A stretch of DNA of 64,000 nucleotides from Chloroflexota bacterium (GCA_964291655.2 OZ219802.1:224001-288000); one strand, 5' to 3'; positions 50,371 to 60,795 are shown, numbered from the stretch's first letter. Numbers and translations are program-made. Notes: a model not told the origin generated them from the sequence alone.

Positions 50371-53300
50371 GTGAAAGGGTTTATGTTGAGTAGGTTGAAG
50401 CACATCAAGCAACGGATCATGCGAGGAAAGGCGGCGATCTACGGATCCGCCATCGTAGTCATGCTGGCGCTGTCGCTCGTGCTGCAGGCCAGCGCAGTCT
50501 CGGCGCAAGCGCCGTCGGCGTCAACCGTGGAATCGACGCAGGCGTCGGACGCGACTCCTGAACCTACACCTGAACCCACACCTGAGGCCACACCAGAACC
50601 TACACCGGAACCAACTCCGCAACCAACTCCTGAGGCAACGCCGGAACCTACACCGGAACCCACGCCGGAGCCGCAGGTTACCGTCCCGGGCGCGCCCAGC
50701 GGATTAAGCGTCTCCACCAGCCGCGGTTCGCTGAGCGCGTCCGTGTCTTGGAGCGAAGTCTCCGGCGCAAGCCGTTACTCAGTCCGCTGGCGCAAAGCCG
50801 GCGCCGGCAATACGCTCAATGCCGGATCGGGAACCCGATCCACCAGCACCAGCATCAGCGTCGCCGGTTATAGCGACTGGGTGGTGCGCGTGGAAGCCTG
50901 TAACGCCGCAGGCTGCGGATCGGCCGCCGCGCAGAGATTCACCGTCGCGCCGGCCCCCACACCGGAACCCACACCTGAGCCTACTCCCGAATCTACGCCG
51001 GAACCAACGCCGGAACCGGAAAATGAACAAGAGCAGCAGAACGATGGGTCGCTACAGGTCGCCGTCGCAGCCAATCGCACCAATCCGCGGGTCGGCCAAG
51101 CAGTGACCCTGTCTGCGTTCATCGCAAACGCTCCCGCAGACTCCAGTCCTTCATACAGATGGCAGATGAAAAACGGTGGCGGCTGGATTTCCTGGGGAGG
51201 CGGCGCTACCTTTAGCTATCAGGCCGCAGCCCCTGAAGTTTGGACGTTTAGAGTCGTGGTCTCCTATGCTTCCGGCGTTTCACTTTCGTCGGGCTCGGTG
51301 ACCGTTGCCTGGTCCGAGGCCACGGCTGTTTCGGATCCTCCCCCTGTCACCTCTAGATCCACCATCGGCAACACAACGCCGCGGCGCACCGGCGACTTGA
51401 CCCCTCCAAATCCCGCGTCGTGGGGAGGCAATTCCACTTTTGATCTCGATAAAATCTTCACGGATGACAATGGCGACGACCTGACCTACACGGTCTCTGC
51501 CCAGCACCCCGGCCTGCTCGGCGCCAGCGTGTCAGGTTCTACCCTCAGTTTGAACTACCGCAATCCCGGCACATCGCAACTGACTATTACGGCCGATGAC
51601 GGCTACTACTTCGGGAAAGTCACGTACACTGTCTCCGTCAAAATTAGCGGGCACAGTACCCTGAGCGTCGCGGAGAATGCGGCCGCAGGCACCGTGGTGG
51701 GGACAGTGACCGGAAATCCCTATAGCGGCGAGACGCTGAGCTATTCCCTATCAGGTGATGCGGCTGGGCTTTTCGACATCGACTCGACAACCGGCCAAAT
51801 CACTGTCTCCTCGGGTGGACTACTGGAGGTCGGCACGGTAACGGGGACGGTGAACTATACCGTGAATAGTGTGTCGGTATCCGTTGACCTCACGGTCAAT
51901 GTGACAGCAGGGCCGCCGGCCGACATTACCCTGAGCGTAAGCCCGAGCTCATTCAACGAGGGTGCTTCTACCGCCAGCGTTACGGTTACGGCTAAACGCG
52001 CCGGCACGTCTGGCGCGGTGGCAGTCAAAGTGTCAACTTCGGGAGGCACGGCTACCGATGTTTCCGACTTTACCACGTGGTCTTTTCCAACGATGACAAT
52101 CGCTGACGGCAGTACCTCTGGAACGGCAACCCTGAAATTTCTCGTCCAGGATGACAATCTCGTGGAAGGAGACGAAACAATCACCGTGTTGGGCACGGCC
52201 ACCGGTCTGGTCGTCGGCAGTACCTCCACTAAAATCATCGACAATGACGTCGCGGTGCCCGATATTACCCTCAGCGTGAGCCGGTCCTCATTTGGCGAGG
52301 CCGATGAGGACATCCAAATTGTGGTCACGGCCACCCGCGCCAGCGGCGCCGATGAAAGCGATGCGGTGAGGATTTCCCTCTCGCTGGCGGGCACCGCCAC
52401 CGATGACACGGATTATTCCGTGTCCGGCAGGCACTCGATTACCATCGACACGGGCTTAACCAGCGAGACAACGACCTTGACCTTCGACGGCGTGGACGAC
52501 ACGCTCGTTGAAGGGGACGAGACCATCACCATAGAGGGGACGGCCGCTGACAACACCGTGAAAGGCACTGTGGTTACCCTCATCGACAACGAGGACGCTT
52601 CCGTATTTACGCCGGGCACTCCGACGCTCACCCGCACGACGTATAGCCAGAGTTCGAAACCGGGTCTAGACGTCAGTTGGACAGCCCCGACGAATACGAA
52701 CATCTCCGGGTACGAGGCGCAGTACCGCAAACAAGGGGCCACAGCGTGGACGGCATACAGCGGCGCCTTGTCCGCAACGACCACAAGTCTCACCATTACG
52801 GGCCTGGAATACGGCGCCACTTATGAGGCGCAAGTACGCGCCCTCATCAGCGGCGGGGGCGAGGGCCCGTGGTCAGACACCGGATCGGGCCGGGCCAATC
52901 AGCAGCCCACCATCATTATCAACAATGCCATTTCCAATCAGAGTATTGGCGTTGGCGGCACTTCCACGATCGGCAGCGCCCTCTCAGAGGTGTTCACCGA
53001 CAACGACGGCGACACCTTGACGTATGGCGCCTCTGTGGAACACCTGGGCATACTCTGGGCCAGCGCATCCAGCGGTTCGCTCTCGGTTCAGGCGTATAAT
53101 CCGAGCGCAACGACGGTTACCTACAGCGCGCGTGACGCGTATGGCGGCTACGCCTACTCCTCCTTACGAGTATCGGCCACGGCGTCCGCGACCCGCAGCG
53201 TGCCGCCTGGCTCCGTCGCGGGCACAAAAGTGGGCGCGCCGGTGACGGGGCGGCCCTACGGGGGCCAGGCGTTGAGCTACTCTCTGACGGGAGAAGCCGC

Positions 53301-56300
53301 CAACGCCTTCGTAATCGACTCTTCCACCGGCCAGATCAGCGTGAAAACAGGAGCCAAGCTGAACGCTGCGACCAAGCCCTCCTACTCGGGCAGTGTGAAC
53401 TGGACCGTGCAGGGCCAGTCGGCAAGCGTTAGCCTCACGATCAAGGTGTTCGACTCGAAGGCGAAGCCGCCCAAACTCGCCGCAGCGCTGACCCAGTCCC
53501 CAAGCGAACCCACTGCCGCGCTCCTCCTGACTTGGACTCCGCCCGACATGACCGGCAAGCATCCGGTGACCAGTTACAACGTACAGTACAGACCTCCAGG
53601 TCAACTACATTATATTTGGATTGACGTTGATGCCTCTGCGGACCGCACACGCGTAGGGTTACGGGGATCACACGTAGATCTGAAGCCAAACACGACATAC
53701 GAGGTCCAAGTGCGCGCCAAGAACAAGGCTGGACCGGGCCCATGGACGACCCTCTCAGCCACCACGGCGGCAAAGACCGACATCACCCTGAGCGTAAGTC
53801 CGAGCACTTTCGACGAGAGCGCTAATGCCGCCAGCGTCGCGGTTACGGCAACCCGCACCGGCACGTCCGGCGCGGTGACCGTAAACCTATCGACCCAGGG
53901 AGGCACGGCCACCGCCGGCGCCGACTATACGGCGTGGACCTCTCAAACGGTGACGATCGCTGATGGCAGTACCTCCGGTACGGCGAACCTGACCTTCACC
54001 GCCGTGGACGACACGGAGGTGGAGGGAAACGAGACTGTTACCGTGGTGGGGACGGCCACCGGCAAGACCGTCCGCGGCACCGAAATCACCATTACTGACA
54101 ACGACAAAGCGCTCGACATCACTCTGAGCGTGAGCCCGAGTTCGTTTGACGAGCCCGATCAGGATGTCGATATTGTGGTTACGGCCACCCGCACCGGCAC
54201 GTCCGGCGCGGTGACCGTTACCCTCTCGCTGGGGGGCACGGCCACCGCTACCACCGACTACACCATGTCCGGCACGAAGTCGATTACGATCGCGGCAGGT
54301 GCTACCAGCGGAGACACGACCCTGACCTTCGACGGCGTGGATGACAATGTTGTGGAAAGAGACAAGACCATCACCGTGTCGGGCACTGCCCCCAGCCTGA
54401 ACGTCGGCAGCGCCGACATTACTATCATGGACGACGATGAATACACCGACGCCGAATTGAAGCCGGGCACGCCGACGCTCGCTCGCACCACGTTCAGCCA
54501 GCCGTCCAACCCGGCTTTGGACGTGTCCTGGACGGCCCCCACGGCTGCCGACCTGAACATCTCCAACTACAAGGTGCGATACCGGAAGCAGGGCGCGGCG
54601 GGCTGGACTTCAAACACCAGCGCGGTGACGACAACGAGCGTCAACCTACCGAATCTGACAGCCGGCGCCACCTATGAGGTGCAAGTGCGGGCCGTCAACA
54701 GCGACGGGGGCGAGGGCCCCTGGTCCGACACCGGATCAGGCAAAGCCAACAACCCGCCGCGCACCCTTGGCTATATCTCGAGCACGACGATTCGGTGGGG
54801 TCACGCCGTCAATCGTGACATTACAATCCACTTTCCTGACCCCGACAGCGACACGCTGACCTACTCGGCCAGCGCGGCCAATGCCAACGTGATCAATGTC
54901 ACGATCAATGGAGCAAAGTTGAACGTGACTCCCAATGCTAACGGCCAATCCAAAATGACCTACGGCGCCCGGGACGACTACGGCGGGTACGCTGAATTGA
55001 CGACGACCTATTTTGTCCCCTCCAAGGGCGAGACGCGCAAAATCGCGGAGAACTCCCCCGCGGGCACAACAGTGGGCAATCGGATGCCGTGGTACCCCGC
55101 GGGCGGAAATGAGCTAATCCCTGTCCTGACCGGAGACGTAGCGACAGCCTTCACCATCTCGTCCAAGGGTTGGTTCAGTGTAAAGGCAGGCGCGAACCTC
55201 GACTACGAGACCCAGGATTCCTACAGCGGGCAGATAGCTTACAAGGTCAAGTCACAAACCGCCTTTTCAATTCCCCTCACCATCAAGATTACCGACGTGG
55301 ATCCGCCCGGCAGGCCCGATGCGCCAAAGGCAGCGCAATCTTCAGGGAACCCCACGAAAGCGCTGGACGTGAGTTGGGAAGCGCCCACGGACAACGAGCC
55401 AATCGACGGGTATAACGTGCGGTACCGTATGTTTGAGGACACGGACTGGACAGCGTCCGACTTCAGTGGAGCCGGCACGTCAACCACTCTGAGCGGTCTG
55501 GTGCCAGACACATCCTATAGAGTGCAAGTGCGCGCATTCAATGTCGAGGGCAATGGCCCCTGGTCGGATTTGGGCACGGGGAAGACTGCTATTCAAAAGT
55601 CCGAAACGACAGTGGTCACGCCGGCGCCCACACCGATACCGACACCGGTCTTGTTAGACCCACCGGATGCGCCTGGCGGACTTAGCGCCCAGTGCGCGGA
55701 TCCCGTCACCATCACGGTGAGTTGGAACGCGGTTGAAGGCGCCGACGGCTATGAATTCGGCATCTGGATCGGCAGCGGCTGGCAGGACGAATTCGTAATC
55801 GGCACGACCGCCATGCGTGGTGGGCTGGACCAGAATACCCGCTACAACGTCCGGGTACGCGCCCGCGGCGACGGTCAGACACGCGCCGGGTGGAGCCAGT
55901 ATCAGTTGGGCGGGGAGGACACGTCGAACTGCGCGTCCACGCCGCCACTGGCGCCGGTACCCACGCCGGAACCGACGCCGGAGCCCGAGCCAACGCCGGA
56001 GCCTGAGCAAACGCCGGAGCCGACGCCGGAGCCACAGCCTGAAGTGATTCAGCAGCCGACGCCGATTCCCGTACCAACGGCTGTGCCAACGCCAGACCCA
56101 ACGGTTACACCAGCGCCGGATTCGACACCTGCGCCGCAGCCTGAATCTTCACAGCCAACGACACCGCAGGCGACGCCAGTGCCCGGAATAACGGCTACGC
56201 CAGCGCCGGATTCGACACCGACGCCGGTACCGCCGAAGGTGGTTGGGCCCATCACGCCACCGTCCAACACCAATCCCAGCGACGACGCCGGGCCGCCGGC

Positions 56301-56949
56301 CCCGCCCCCAGCGCAGACGACTTCGAGCGATAACGCGAGAAGTAGTCTCACTGGGATCGTCAACGACCCGAATGCCATTCCCGCCATAGTGGGTGTGGGA
56401 CTGCTCGGAATTCTCTTTACGACACTCGCCGCACAGTACTTCGGCTTGCTCAGCATTCTCGAGGCACTCATGGGCGAAACGCGGCGCGCGCTGCAATTGA
56501 CGGTGCAGTCGCTGCTTCCGAGCGGGACCGGACCTCTCGCTCTCTTCTCACTGTTGGGCTTCTTGTTGCTGCCTTTCTTGTGGAGGAGACGCCGCCGTCG
56601 CGCGCCGGCTGCGCCACGGGTAACCCGGTCGGACTCCGATCCCATGCACGCGCTTGACGTGGCCTGGGACGGCCCGTCCGGTAACGGTACGCGCTATGAC
56701 GTGCAGTACCGTGCGCCGGGCAGGGACTGGATTGACTATGCCCGCACGAATCTGACCTGGATCGAACTCTCGGCTTTGGAGCCGGGCGAGAGGTACAGCG
56801 TGCGGATCCGCGTGCGAGGCGGGGACGTCGGTCCCTGGTCTGCAGCCGGCATCGGCAACACCGACGGGGAGGGTGACAGTGACAAAGTTGCCGTCGGCCT
56901 ACCGCAACTCCGCACCCGCAACGACGCGGGCACGAGTTTCGGGGACTGA
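50371..56949 (+). CDS. Large membrane-anchored surface protein/adhesin (Fn3, cadherin-like, Calx-beta-like domains, TPEP linkers)
   Basis: N-terminal signal peptide (ASAVSA-QA), (TPEP)n tracts, Fn3 motifs (VSW..P..YEVQVRA..GPWS), cadherin-like (VAENAAAGT, FDIDSTTGQI, LDYET), Calx-beta-like (DDNLVEGDETI), C-terminal hydrophobic helices plus R6. Confidence 0.88.
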   Translation: MKGFMLSRLKHIKQRIMRGKAAIYGSAIVVMLALSLVLQASAVSAQAPSASTVESTQASDATPEPTPEPTPEATPEPTPEPTPQPTPEATPEPTPEPTPEPQVTVPGAPSGLSVSTSRGSLSASVSWSEVSGASRYSVRWRKAGAGNTLNAGSGTRSTSTSISVAGYSDWVVRVEACNAAGCGSAAAQRFTVAPAPTPEPTPEPTPESTPEPTPEPENEQEQQNDGSLQVAVAANRTNPRVGQAVTLSAFIANAPADSSPSYRWQMKNGGGWISWGGGATFSYQAAAPEVWTFRVVVSYASGVSLSSGSVTVAWSEATAVSDPPPVTSRSTIGNTTPRRTGDLTPPNPASWGGNSTFDLDKIFTDDNGDDLTYTVSAQHPGLLGASVSGSTLSLNYRNPGTSQLTITADDGYYFGKVTYTVSVKISGHSTLSVAENAAAGTVVGTVTGNPYSGETLSYSLSGDAAGLFDIDSTTGQITVSSGGLLEVGTVTGTVNYTVNSVSVSVDLTVNVTAGPPADITLSVSPSSFNEGASTASVTVTAKRAGTSGAVAVKVSTSGGTATDVSDFTTWSFPTMTIADGSTSGTATLKFLVQDDNLVEGDETITVLGTATGLVVGSTSTKIIDNDVAVPDITLSVSRSSFGEADEDIQIVVTATRASGADESDAVRISLSLAGTATDDTDYSVSGRHSITIDTGLTSETTTLTFDGVDDTLVEGDETITIEGTAADNTVKGTVVTLIDNEDASVFTPGTPTLTRTTYSQSSKPGLDVSWTAPTNTNISGYEAQYRKQGATAWTAYSGALSATTTSLTITGLEYGATYEAQVRALISGGGEGPWSDTGSGRANQQPTIIINNAISNQSIGVGGTSTIGSALSEVFTDNDGDTLTYGASVEHLGILWASASSGSLSVQAYNPSATTVTYSARDAYGGYAYSSLRVSATASATRSVPPGSVAGTKVGAPVTGRPYGGQALSYSLTGEAANAFVIDSSTGQISVKTGAKLNAATKPSYSGSVNWTVQGQSASVSLTIKVFDSKAKPPKLAAALTQSPSEPTAALLLTWTPPDMTGKHPVTSYNVQYRPPGQLHYIWIDVDASADRTRVGLRGSHVDLKPNTTYEVQVRAKNKAGPGPWTTLSATTAAKTDITLSVSPSTFDESANAASVAVTATRTGTSGAVTVNLSTQGGTATAGADYTAWTSQTVTIADGSTSGTANLTFTAVDDTEVEGNETVTVVGTATGKTVRGTEITITDNDKALDITLSVSPSSFDEPDQDVDIVVTATRTGTSGAVTVTLSLGGTATATTDYTMSGTKSITIAAGATSGDTTLTFDGVDDNVVERDKTITVSGTAPSLNVGSADITIMDDDEYTDAELKPGTPTLARTTFSQPSNPALDVSWTAPTAADLNISNYKVRYRKQGAAGWTSNTSAVTTTSVNLPNLTAGATYEVQVRAVNSDGGEGPWSDTGSGKANNPPRTLGYISSTTIRWGHAVNRDITIHFPDPDSDTLTYSASAANANVINVTINGAKLNVTPNANGQSKMTYGARDDYGGYAELTTTYFVPSKGETRKIAENSPAGTTVGNRMPWYPAGGNELIPVLTGDVATAFTISSKGWFSVKAGANLDYETQDSYSGQIAYKVKSQTAFSIPLTIKITDVDPPGRPDAPKAAQSSGNPTKALDVSWEAPTDNEPIDGYNVRYRMFEDTDWTASDFSGAGTSTTLSGLVPDTSYRVQVRAFNVEGNGPWSDLGTGKTAIQKSETTVVTPAPTPIPTPVLLDPPDAPGGLSAQCADPVTITVSWNAVEGADGYEFGIWIGSGWQDEFVIGTTAMRGGLDQNTRYNVRVRARGDGQTRAGWSQYQLGGEDTSNCASTPPLAPVPTPEPTPEPEPTPEPEQTPEPTPEPQPEVIQQPTPIPVPTAVPTPDPTVTPAPDSTPAPQPESSQPTTPQATPVPGITATPAPDSTPTPVPPKVVGPITPPSNTNPSDDAGPPAPPPAQTTSSDNARSSLTGIVNDPNAIPAIVGVGLLGILFTTLAAQYFGLLSILEALMGETRRALQLTVQSLLPSGTGPLALFSLLGFLLLPFLWRRRRRRAPAAPRVTRSDSDPMHALDVAWDGPSGNGTRYDVQYRAPGRDWIDYARTNLTWIELSALEPGERYSVRIRVRGGDVGPWSAAGIGNTDGEGDSDKVAVGLPQLRTRNDAGTSFGD

Positions 56950-57145
56950 AGCCAATACAGACTGGAGCTCATAGGACCTAGATGACTGCGATGACGAGAC
57001 TAGCGGCAACGGAAGGCTTTGACGGCGCCTTGGTTGCCACCTCCCGGAGAGCGGCGAGCCTGAGCGGGGCAGGCGAAACTCCTGCCTCGCCGGCTCCCTC
57101 TCCCTGGGAGGTTGTGTATCATAGTCAAATCGCGCTTCGACCTTT

Positions 57146-57191
57146 CGGCAAGCCTGTGCTGAGCACTTCGACAAGCTCAGCACAGGCTTGT
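57146..57191. repeat. CTTCGACAAGCTCAG-type REP-like palindrome
   Basis: AAGCCTGTGCTGAGC-ACTTCGACAA-GCTCAGCACAGGCTT hairpin; related copy at ~62286-62328. Confidence 0.7.
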
Positions 57192-57212
57192 GGAAGTGCT
57201 CTGAAAAAAGGG

Positions 57213-57283
57213 GCCTCGCGCAGCAGGCCCCGCGCAGCAGGCCTCGCGCAGCAGGCTTCGCGTAGCAGGCTTCGCGTCGCAGG
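57213..57283. repeat. 14-bp tandem repeat x5 (GCCTCGCGCAGCAG consensus)
   Basis: Directly visible tandem units with few substitutions. Confidence 0.8.
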
Positions 57284-57503
57284 GCAAGTCCATACGGAGC
57301 AATGGATGTATAAGACTGCCTCCTGAGGAGAGGATCGGGACGAAGGGAAAGCGGCTGCATGCCCCCGGCTGCTTGCTTCTCCACTATGCGGGGGCATATA
57401 CTCGAAAGCGGTGCAGGGGTAGACATTCCTTGCGGCAGCGTAGAATGAGCAGTGCCTGAGTGAAGTGAGGTATCACAACGTCGTCAATGATAATACTCCG
57501 TAA

Positions 57504-57977
57504 ATGAACCTAGAAAACCAGGCACAGCCGGAAGCTCCCAATGGAAGGAGTCCTCAACGTCCTGATGCGGTTGGTTACTGGGCCATCCTCCTGAGCGGCA
57601 TCGTTTTCGGCTACGTGCGGCGGGTGGTATCCCCTCACGGCTTCAGCCCCATCCAGTTCTTGATCCTCGACGTGTGCTTCCGCGGGGAAGCGGATACCGT
57701 GACAGGCATTGCGCACATCATTCCCTTCGACTCCTCGGCCGTAAGCCGGCGCGTGGAGGAGTTGCGCGGCAAGGGCTTGTTGCAAACGCGCCGCAGTAGA
57801 GCGGACCGGCGGGTGGTGCACGTGGAGTTAACCGAAGAAGGCCATGCGTTGGTAGAGCGGCTCCTCGAGGGCGTGAGGGCGGAAGGGGTCAGGCACATGG
57901 CGGTCCTCACCCAGCGGGAGCAGAAGCGCTTGATAGCCCTCATGCGGAAAGTTGTGGAGGGCGCAGAAGAGCGGTAG
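57504..57977 (+). CDS. MarR family transcriptional regulator
   Basis: FDSSAVSRRVEEL..GLL..RRSRADRRVVHVELTEEG. Confidence 0.9.
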   Translation: MNLENQAQPEAPNGRSPQRPDAVGYWAILLSGIVFGYVRRVVSPHGFSPIQFLILDVCFRGEADTVTGIAHIIPFDSSAVSRRVEELRGKGLLQTRRSRADRRVVHVELTEEGHALVERLLEGVRAEGVRHMAVLTQREQKRLIALMRKVVEGAEER

Positions 57978-58031
57978 AAGGCCGTTCGGAGGCAGCGATA
58001 TACTTCCCGGTCGGCCGTTGCCCACGCTGAG

Positions 58032-58107
58032 TGGCGCACCCAGAGGGAATCGAACCCTCGTTGCAAGCTAGAAAGGCCTGTGCCCCGGCCCACTTGTCAA
58101 TATGGGC
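58032..58107 (-). pseudogene. Degenerate tRNA-Glu(TTC) copy
   Basis: Colinear 76-nt copy of 58986-59061; T-arm identical; acceptor and D stems broken by substitutions; ends in CCA. Confidence 0.8.
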
Positions 58108-58232
58108 ACAAGACGTATTACATACGCTCTCAGAGTGCGGTAATCTGTGGCTGCTCTGACTAGCGGTTGTGTAGGATGAACACGAGTGAAGGTTGAGTAG
58201 ATCCCTATGTTCCCATCGCGGGTACTCCGGAC

Positions 58233-58706
58233 ATGAGCCAAGAAACCCAAGGACAATATTCTCCGGGTGCAAAGAGACAGCAGAACACGGAGACCGTGGG
58301 GTATTTGTCAATCCTGTTAAGCGGGGTGGTCACCGAGTACATTCGGGAAGTGGTGAGCCCATACGGCCTTAAGCCAATCCAGTTCCTGATTCTCGACGTG
58401 TGCTCGCGGAAGGAGGCCGACTCCGTGTCGGGCATTGCGCGGATCCTACCGTTCGACTCCTCGGCCGTAAGTCGCCGCGTGGAGGGGTTACGCGCCGCGG
58501 GCCTGCTGCAAACTCGCCGCAGTAGAGAAGACCGGCGGGTCGTGCACGTGGAGTTGACAGATGAAGGTCACGATCTCGTAGCGGAGCTCCGTGAGGAAGT
58601 GAAGGCGCAAGGGACTAGCCACATGGCGGCCCTAAGCACTAACGAGAAGAAGCGCCTGATTTCTCTCATGCGGAAGGCGATGGAGAGTGTAGAAGGGCTG
58701 GAGTAA
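58233..58706 (+). CDS. MarR family transcriptional regulator (close paralogue of 57504..57977)
   Basis: Same length (157 aa); shared PIQFLILDVC, PFDSSAVSRRVE, DRRVVHVELT blocks. Confidence 0.9.
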   Translation: MSQETQGQYSPGAKRQQNTETVGYLSILLSGVVTEYIREVVSPYGLKPIQFLILDVCSRKEADSVSGIARILPFDSSAVSRRVEGLRAAGLLQTRRSREDRRVVHVELTDEGHDLVAELREEVKAQGTSHMAALSTNEKKRLISLMRKAMESVEGLE

Positions 58707-58988
58707 GGCCGCGCGGTGGCACAATGCTGCTCGTGAGTCTTCTCTAGCTTGTCGGCGTGTAAACCCCCGCAAGTTCCGCAAGCGCAACGGTGACGAATCC
58801 CGCCCTGGCATCAGGGGCTCGCGCGCTGAACGAGAACCCACCTCAACGTGGCGCATGATGCCGCCCCACTTCACCGCAGCCGTCCTCTTCAAGGAAGCTC
58901 TTGAAAGTACCGACCGTGGATTGCAGCTTCGCCTTGCACTGTTGCGCAGCGAATTAGCACCTGATCATCTGCCGCTTGCAAAGAAAGG

Positions 58989-59061
58989 CGCCCCCAGAGG
59001 GAATCGAACCCTCGTTACAGGCTTGAAAGGCCTGCGTCCTGGTCCACTAGACGATGGGGGC
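58989..59061 (-). tRNA. tRNA-Glu(TTC)
   Basis: GCCCCCATCGTCTAGTGGACCAGGAC..CAGGC-CTTTCAA-GCCTG..GGGTTCGATTCCC..TGGGGGCG. Upstream TTCGCA-N17-TATACT. Complete CCA not encoded. Confidence 0.95.
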
Positions 59062-59332
59062 GAGAGAGGCGCGTTTCACTCTCTCAGTATACCGCAAATC
59101 GAACCTTCTGCGAAGATAAACAGCGCCTCGAACGCCACCCAAGAGTCGAATTCTTTACACTCACAGCGACTCGCAATTGACTCCAGGCAGGCCTGCTCTT
59201 GAATTCTTCACTATTCCCGCAAGCCCCGGTCTCTGTAGTCACTGAAGGAGATAATGCATGTCCGGATTGACCGAATATCCGATAGATGTGGCCTATCGCA
59301 ATAATTCTGTGAGACATGCCTAGTCATTGGGC

Positions 59333-59362
59333 TTGACAGAGAATAGAGTGGGGGAGTACGAT
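59333..59362 (+). promoter_or_regulatory. Putative sigma70 promoter
   Basis: TTGACA-N18-TACGAT upstream of the SBP gene. Confidence 0.6.
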
Positions 59363-59400
59363 GCTGGCAATAGTGAGTATTGCAAGGCAAGGAGACCGCA

Positions 59401-60795
59401 ATGGATGCAGTTCGCAAGTTTTCCCGCCGATCCATAATGACCGGCATGGCAAGTCTGGGCTTTGGCGCCGCGGCCCTGGCCGCCTGCGGTCAAGTAGCTA
59501 CGGCTCCCGCAGATGCTCCAGAACCAGTTGAGGAGGCACAGCCGGAGCCGACGGCGGCGCCGGAGGCCATGGAGCCGACGATTATCAAGTACATGCACTT
59601 CACCACCCAACAGGAGGTGTGGGACAACACCTATGGCGCGGTCATCGACCGCTACGTTGAGCGCAATCCGGACGTGCAGGTTGAACTCGATATCGTAACG
59701 TGGCCTCTGACGGACGTGGCGGTGAAAGCGGTCGCGGCTAGCGCCGCCGGCATCTCATATGACATGTACTACGGCTGGTTTGGCTACATCAGCCAGTTTG
59801 CAACTGCGGACATCATCCAGCCGCTCGATCCCTTCATCGCGAAGGATGCCGACGTGGACCTGTCCGAGTTCTACGAAGGCGCCCTCGAGCGGATCGGCGG
59901 CAATTTGTATGGCATCGCCTGGTTCCTGGGCGCTCGGTCGATTTGGTACAACGACGATATCATGACCAATGAGGGACTGACGTCTCCCGCCGACCTGGAT
60001 GCCGCCGGCAACCTGAATTGGGACACCCTTACCGATTTGGCAACAAAACTGACTACCCGCGAGGGCGCGAACGTGACACGCTGGGGACTGAGTTTCAATG
60101 GAAACGCCCATTCCAGCATCGTGATCGCGTTGAAGTCATGGGGCGCCGGCTGGTGGAATGAGGACTTTACCGCTCCAGCCATTGATTCCCCCGCAGCAGC
60201 CGACGCCGTGCAAACCGTGCTGGACCACGTTACCAAGCATCAGGTGCACCCGCCGCTCAACCGGAAGGAAACCGACGTTGCACCGAACTTTACCGAGCAA
60301 AAACTTGGCATGGTCCTGACCGGTCCCTGGTACACGCGAACCATCAACCAAGAGATTGTTGAGGGGCAAACGCCATTCAACGTCGATCTGGCGAATGTGC
60401 CGCTGGGTCCCGGCGGTCGCGGCACACCGTTGTTAATTAATGCCTTCTGGATCGCCAGGAGTTCGCCGCAGCCCGATGCGACGTGGGACTTCTACAAGTA
60501 CCTCATCAGTGAAGAGGTGCAGCCGGACTGGGCGAACCTGGGCGGCGGCCGCTTCCCGCCCAACCGCACCTACACGCCGGCCGTGCAGTATCCTTTCGAG
60601 AATGTGGAGACGTACAAGGCGATTGCCGATGTCAGTATCCCTCTGCGCCAGGCGGTAAAACAGTCCGACATCAACGGCGCATGGTCAGAGCTTTGGGGAC
60701 AGATGGAAGCGGGCGAAAAGACCGTTGCAGAGGCCGTAGCTGAGGCCCAACAGGTTTCCGCGATCGCGCTGCAAGAAGGCGGCTGCATCTGCTAA
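59401..60795 (+). CDS. Extracellular solute-binding protein (family 1, carbohydrate-type), Tat lipoprotein
   Basis: SRRSIM Tat motif, LAACG lipobox, PLDPFI, IWYNDD, PDATWDFYKYL; AAGGAG SD before ATG 59401. Confidence 0.87.
   Translation: MDAVRKFSRRSIMTGMASLGFGAAALAACGQVATAPADAPEPVEEAQPEPTAAPEAMEPTIIKYMHFTTQQEVWDNTYGAVIDRYVERNPDVQVELDIVTWPLTDVAVKAVAASAAGISYDMYYGWFGYISQFATADIIQPLDPFIAKDADVDLSEFYEGALERIGGNLYGIAWFLGARSIWYNDDIMTNEGLTSPADLDAAGNLNWDTLTDLATKLTTREGANVTRWGLSFNGNAHSSIVIALKSWGAGWWNEDFTAPAIDSPAAADAVQTVLDHVTKHQVHPPLNRKETDVAPNFTEQKLGMVLTGPWYTRTINQEIVEGQTPFNVDLANVPLGPGGRGTPLLINAFWIARSSPQPDATWDFYKYLISEEVQPDWANLGGGRFPPNRTYTPAVQYPFENVETYKAIADVSIPLRQAVKQSDINGAWSELWGQMEAGEKTVAEAVAEAQQVSAIALQEGGCIC

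Noticed and set aside
50371-56949. Diversity-generating retroelement target
   Set aside because: No reverse transcriptase gene and no template/variable repeat pair with adenine-specific differences seen.
58032-58107. Amber suppressor or pyrrolysine-type tRNA (CTA in the loop)
   Set aside because: The loop is CT-TTC-TA, so the anticodon position is still TTC; acceptor and D stems are broken.
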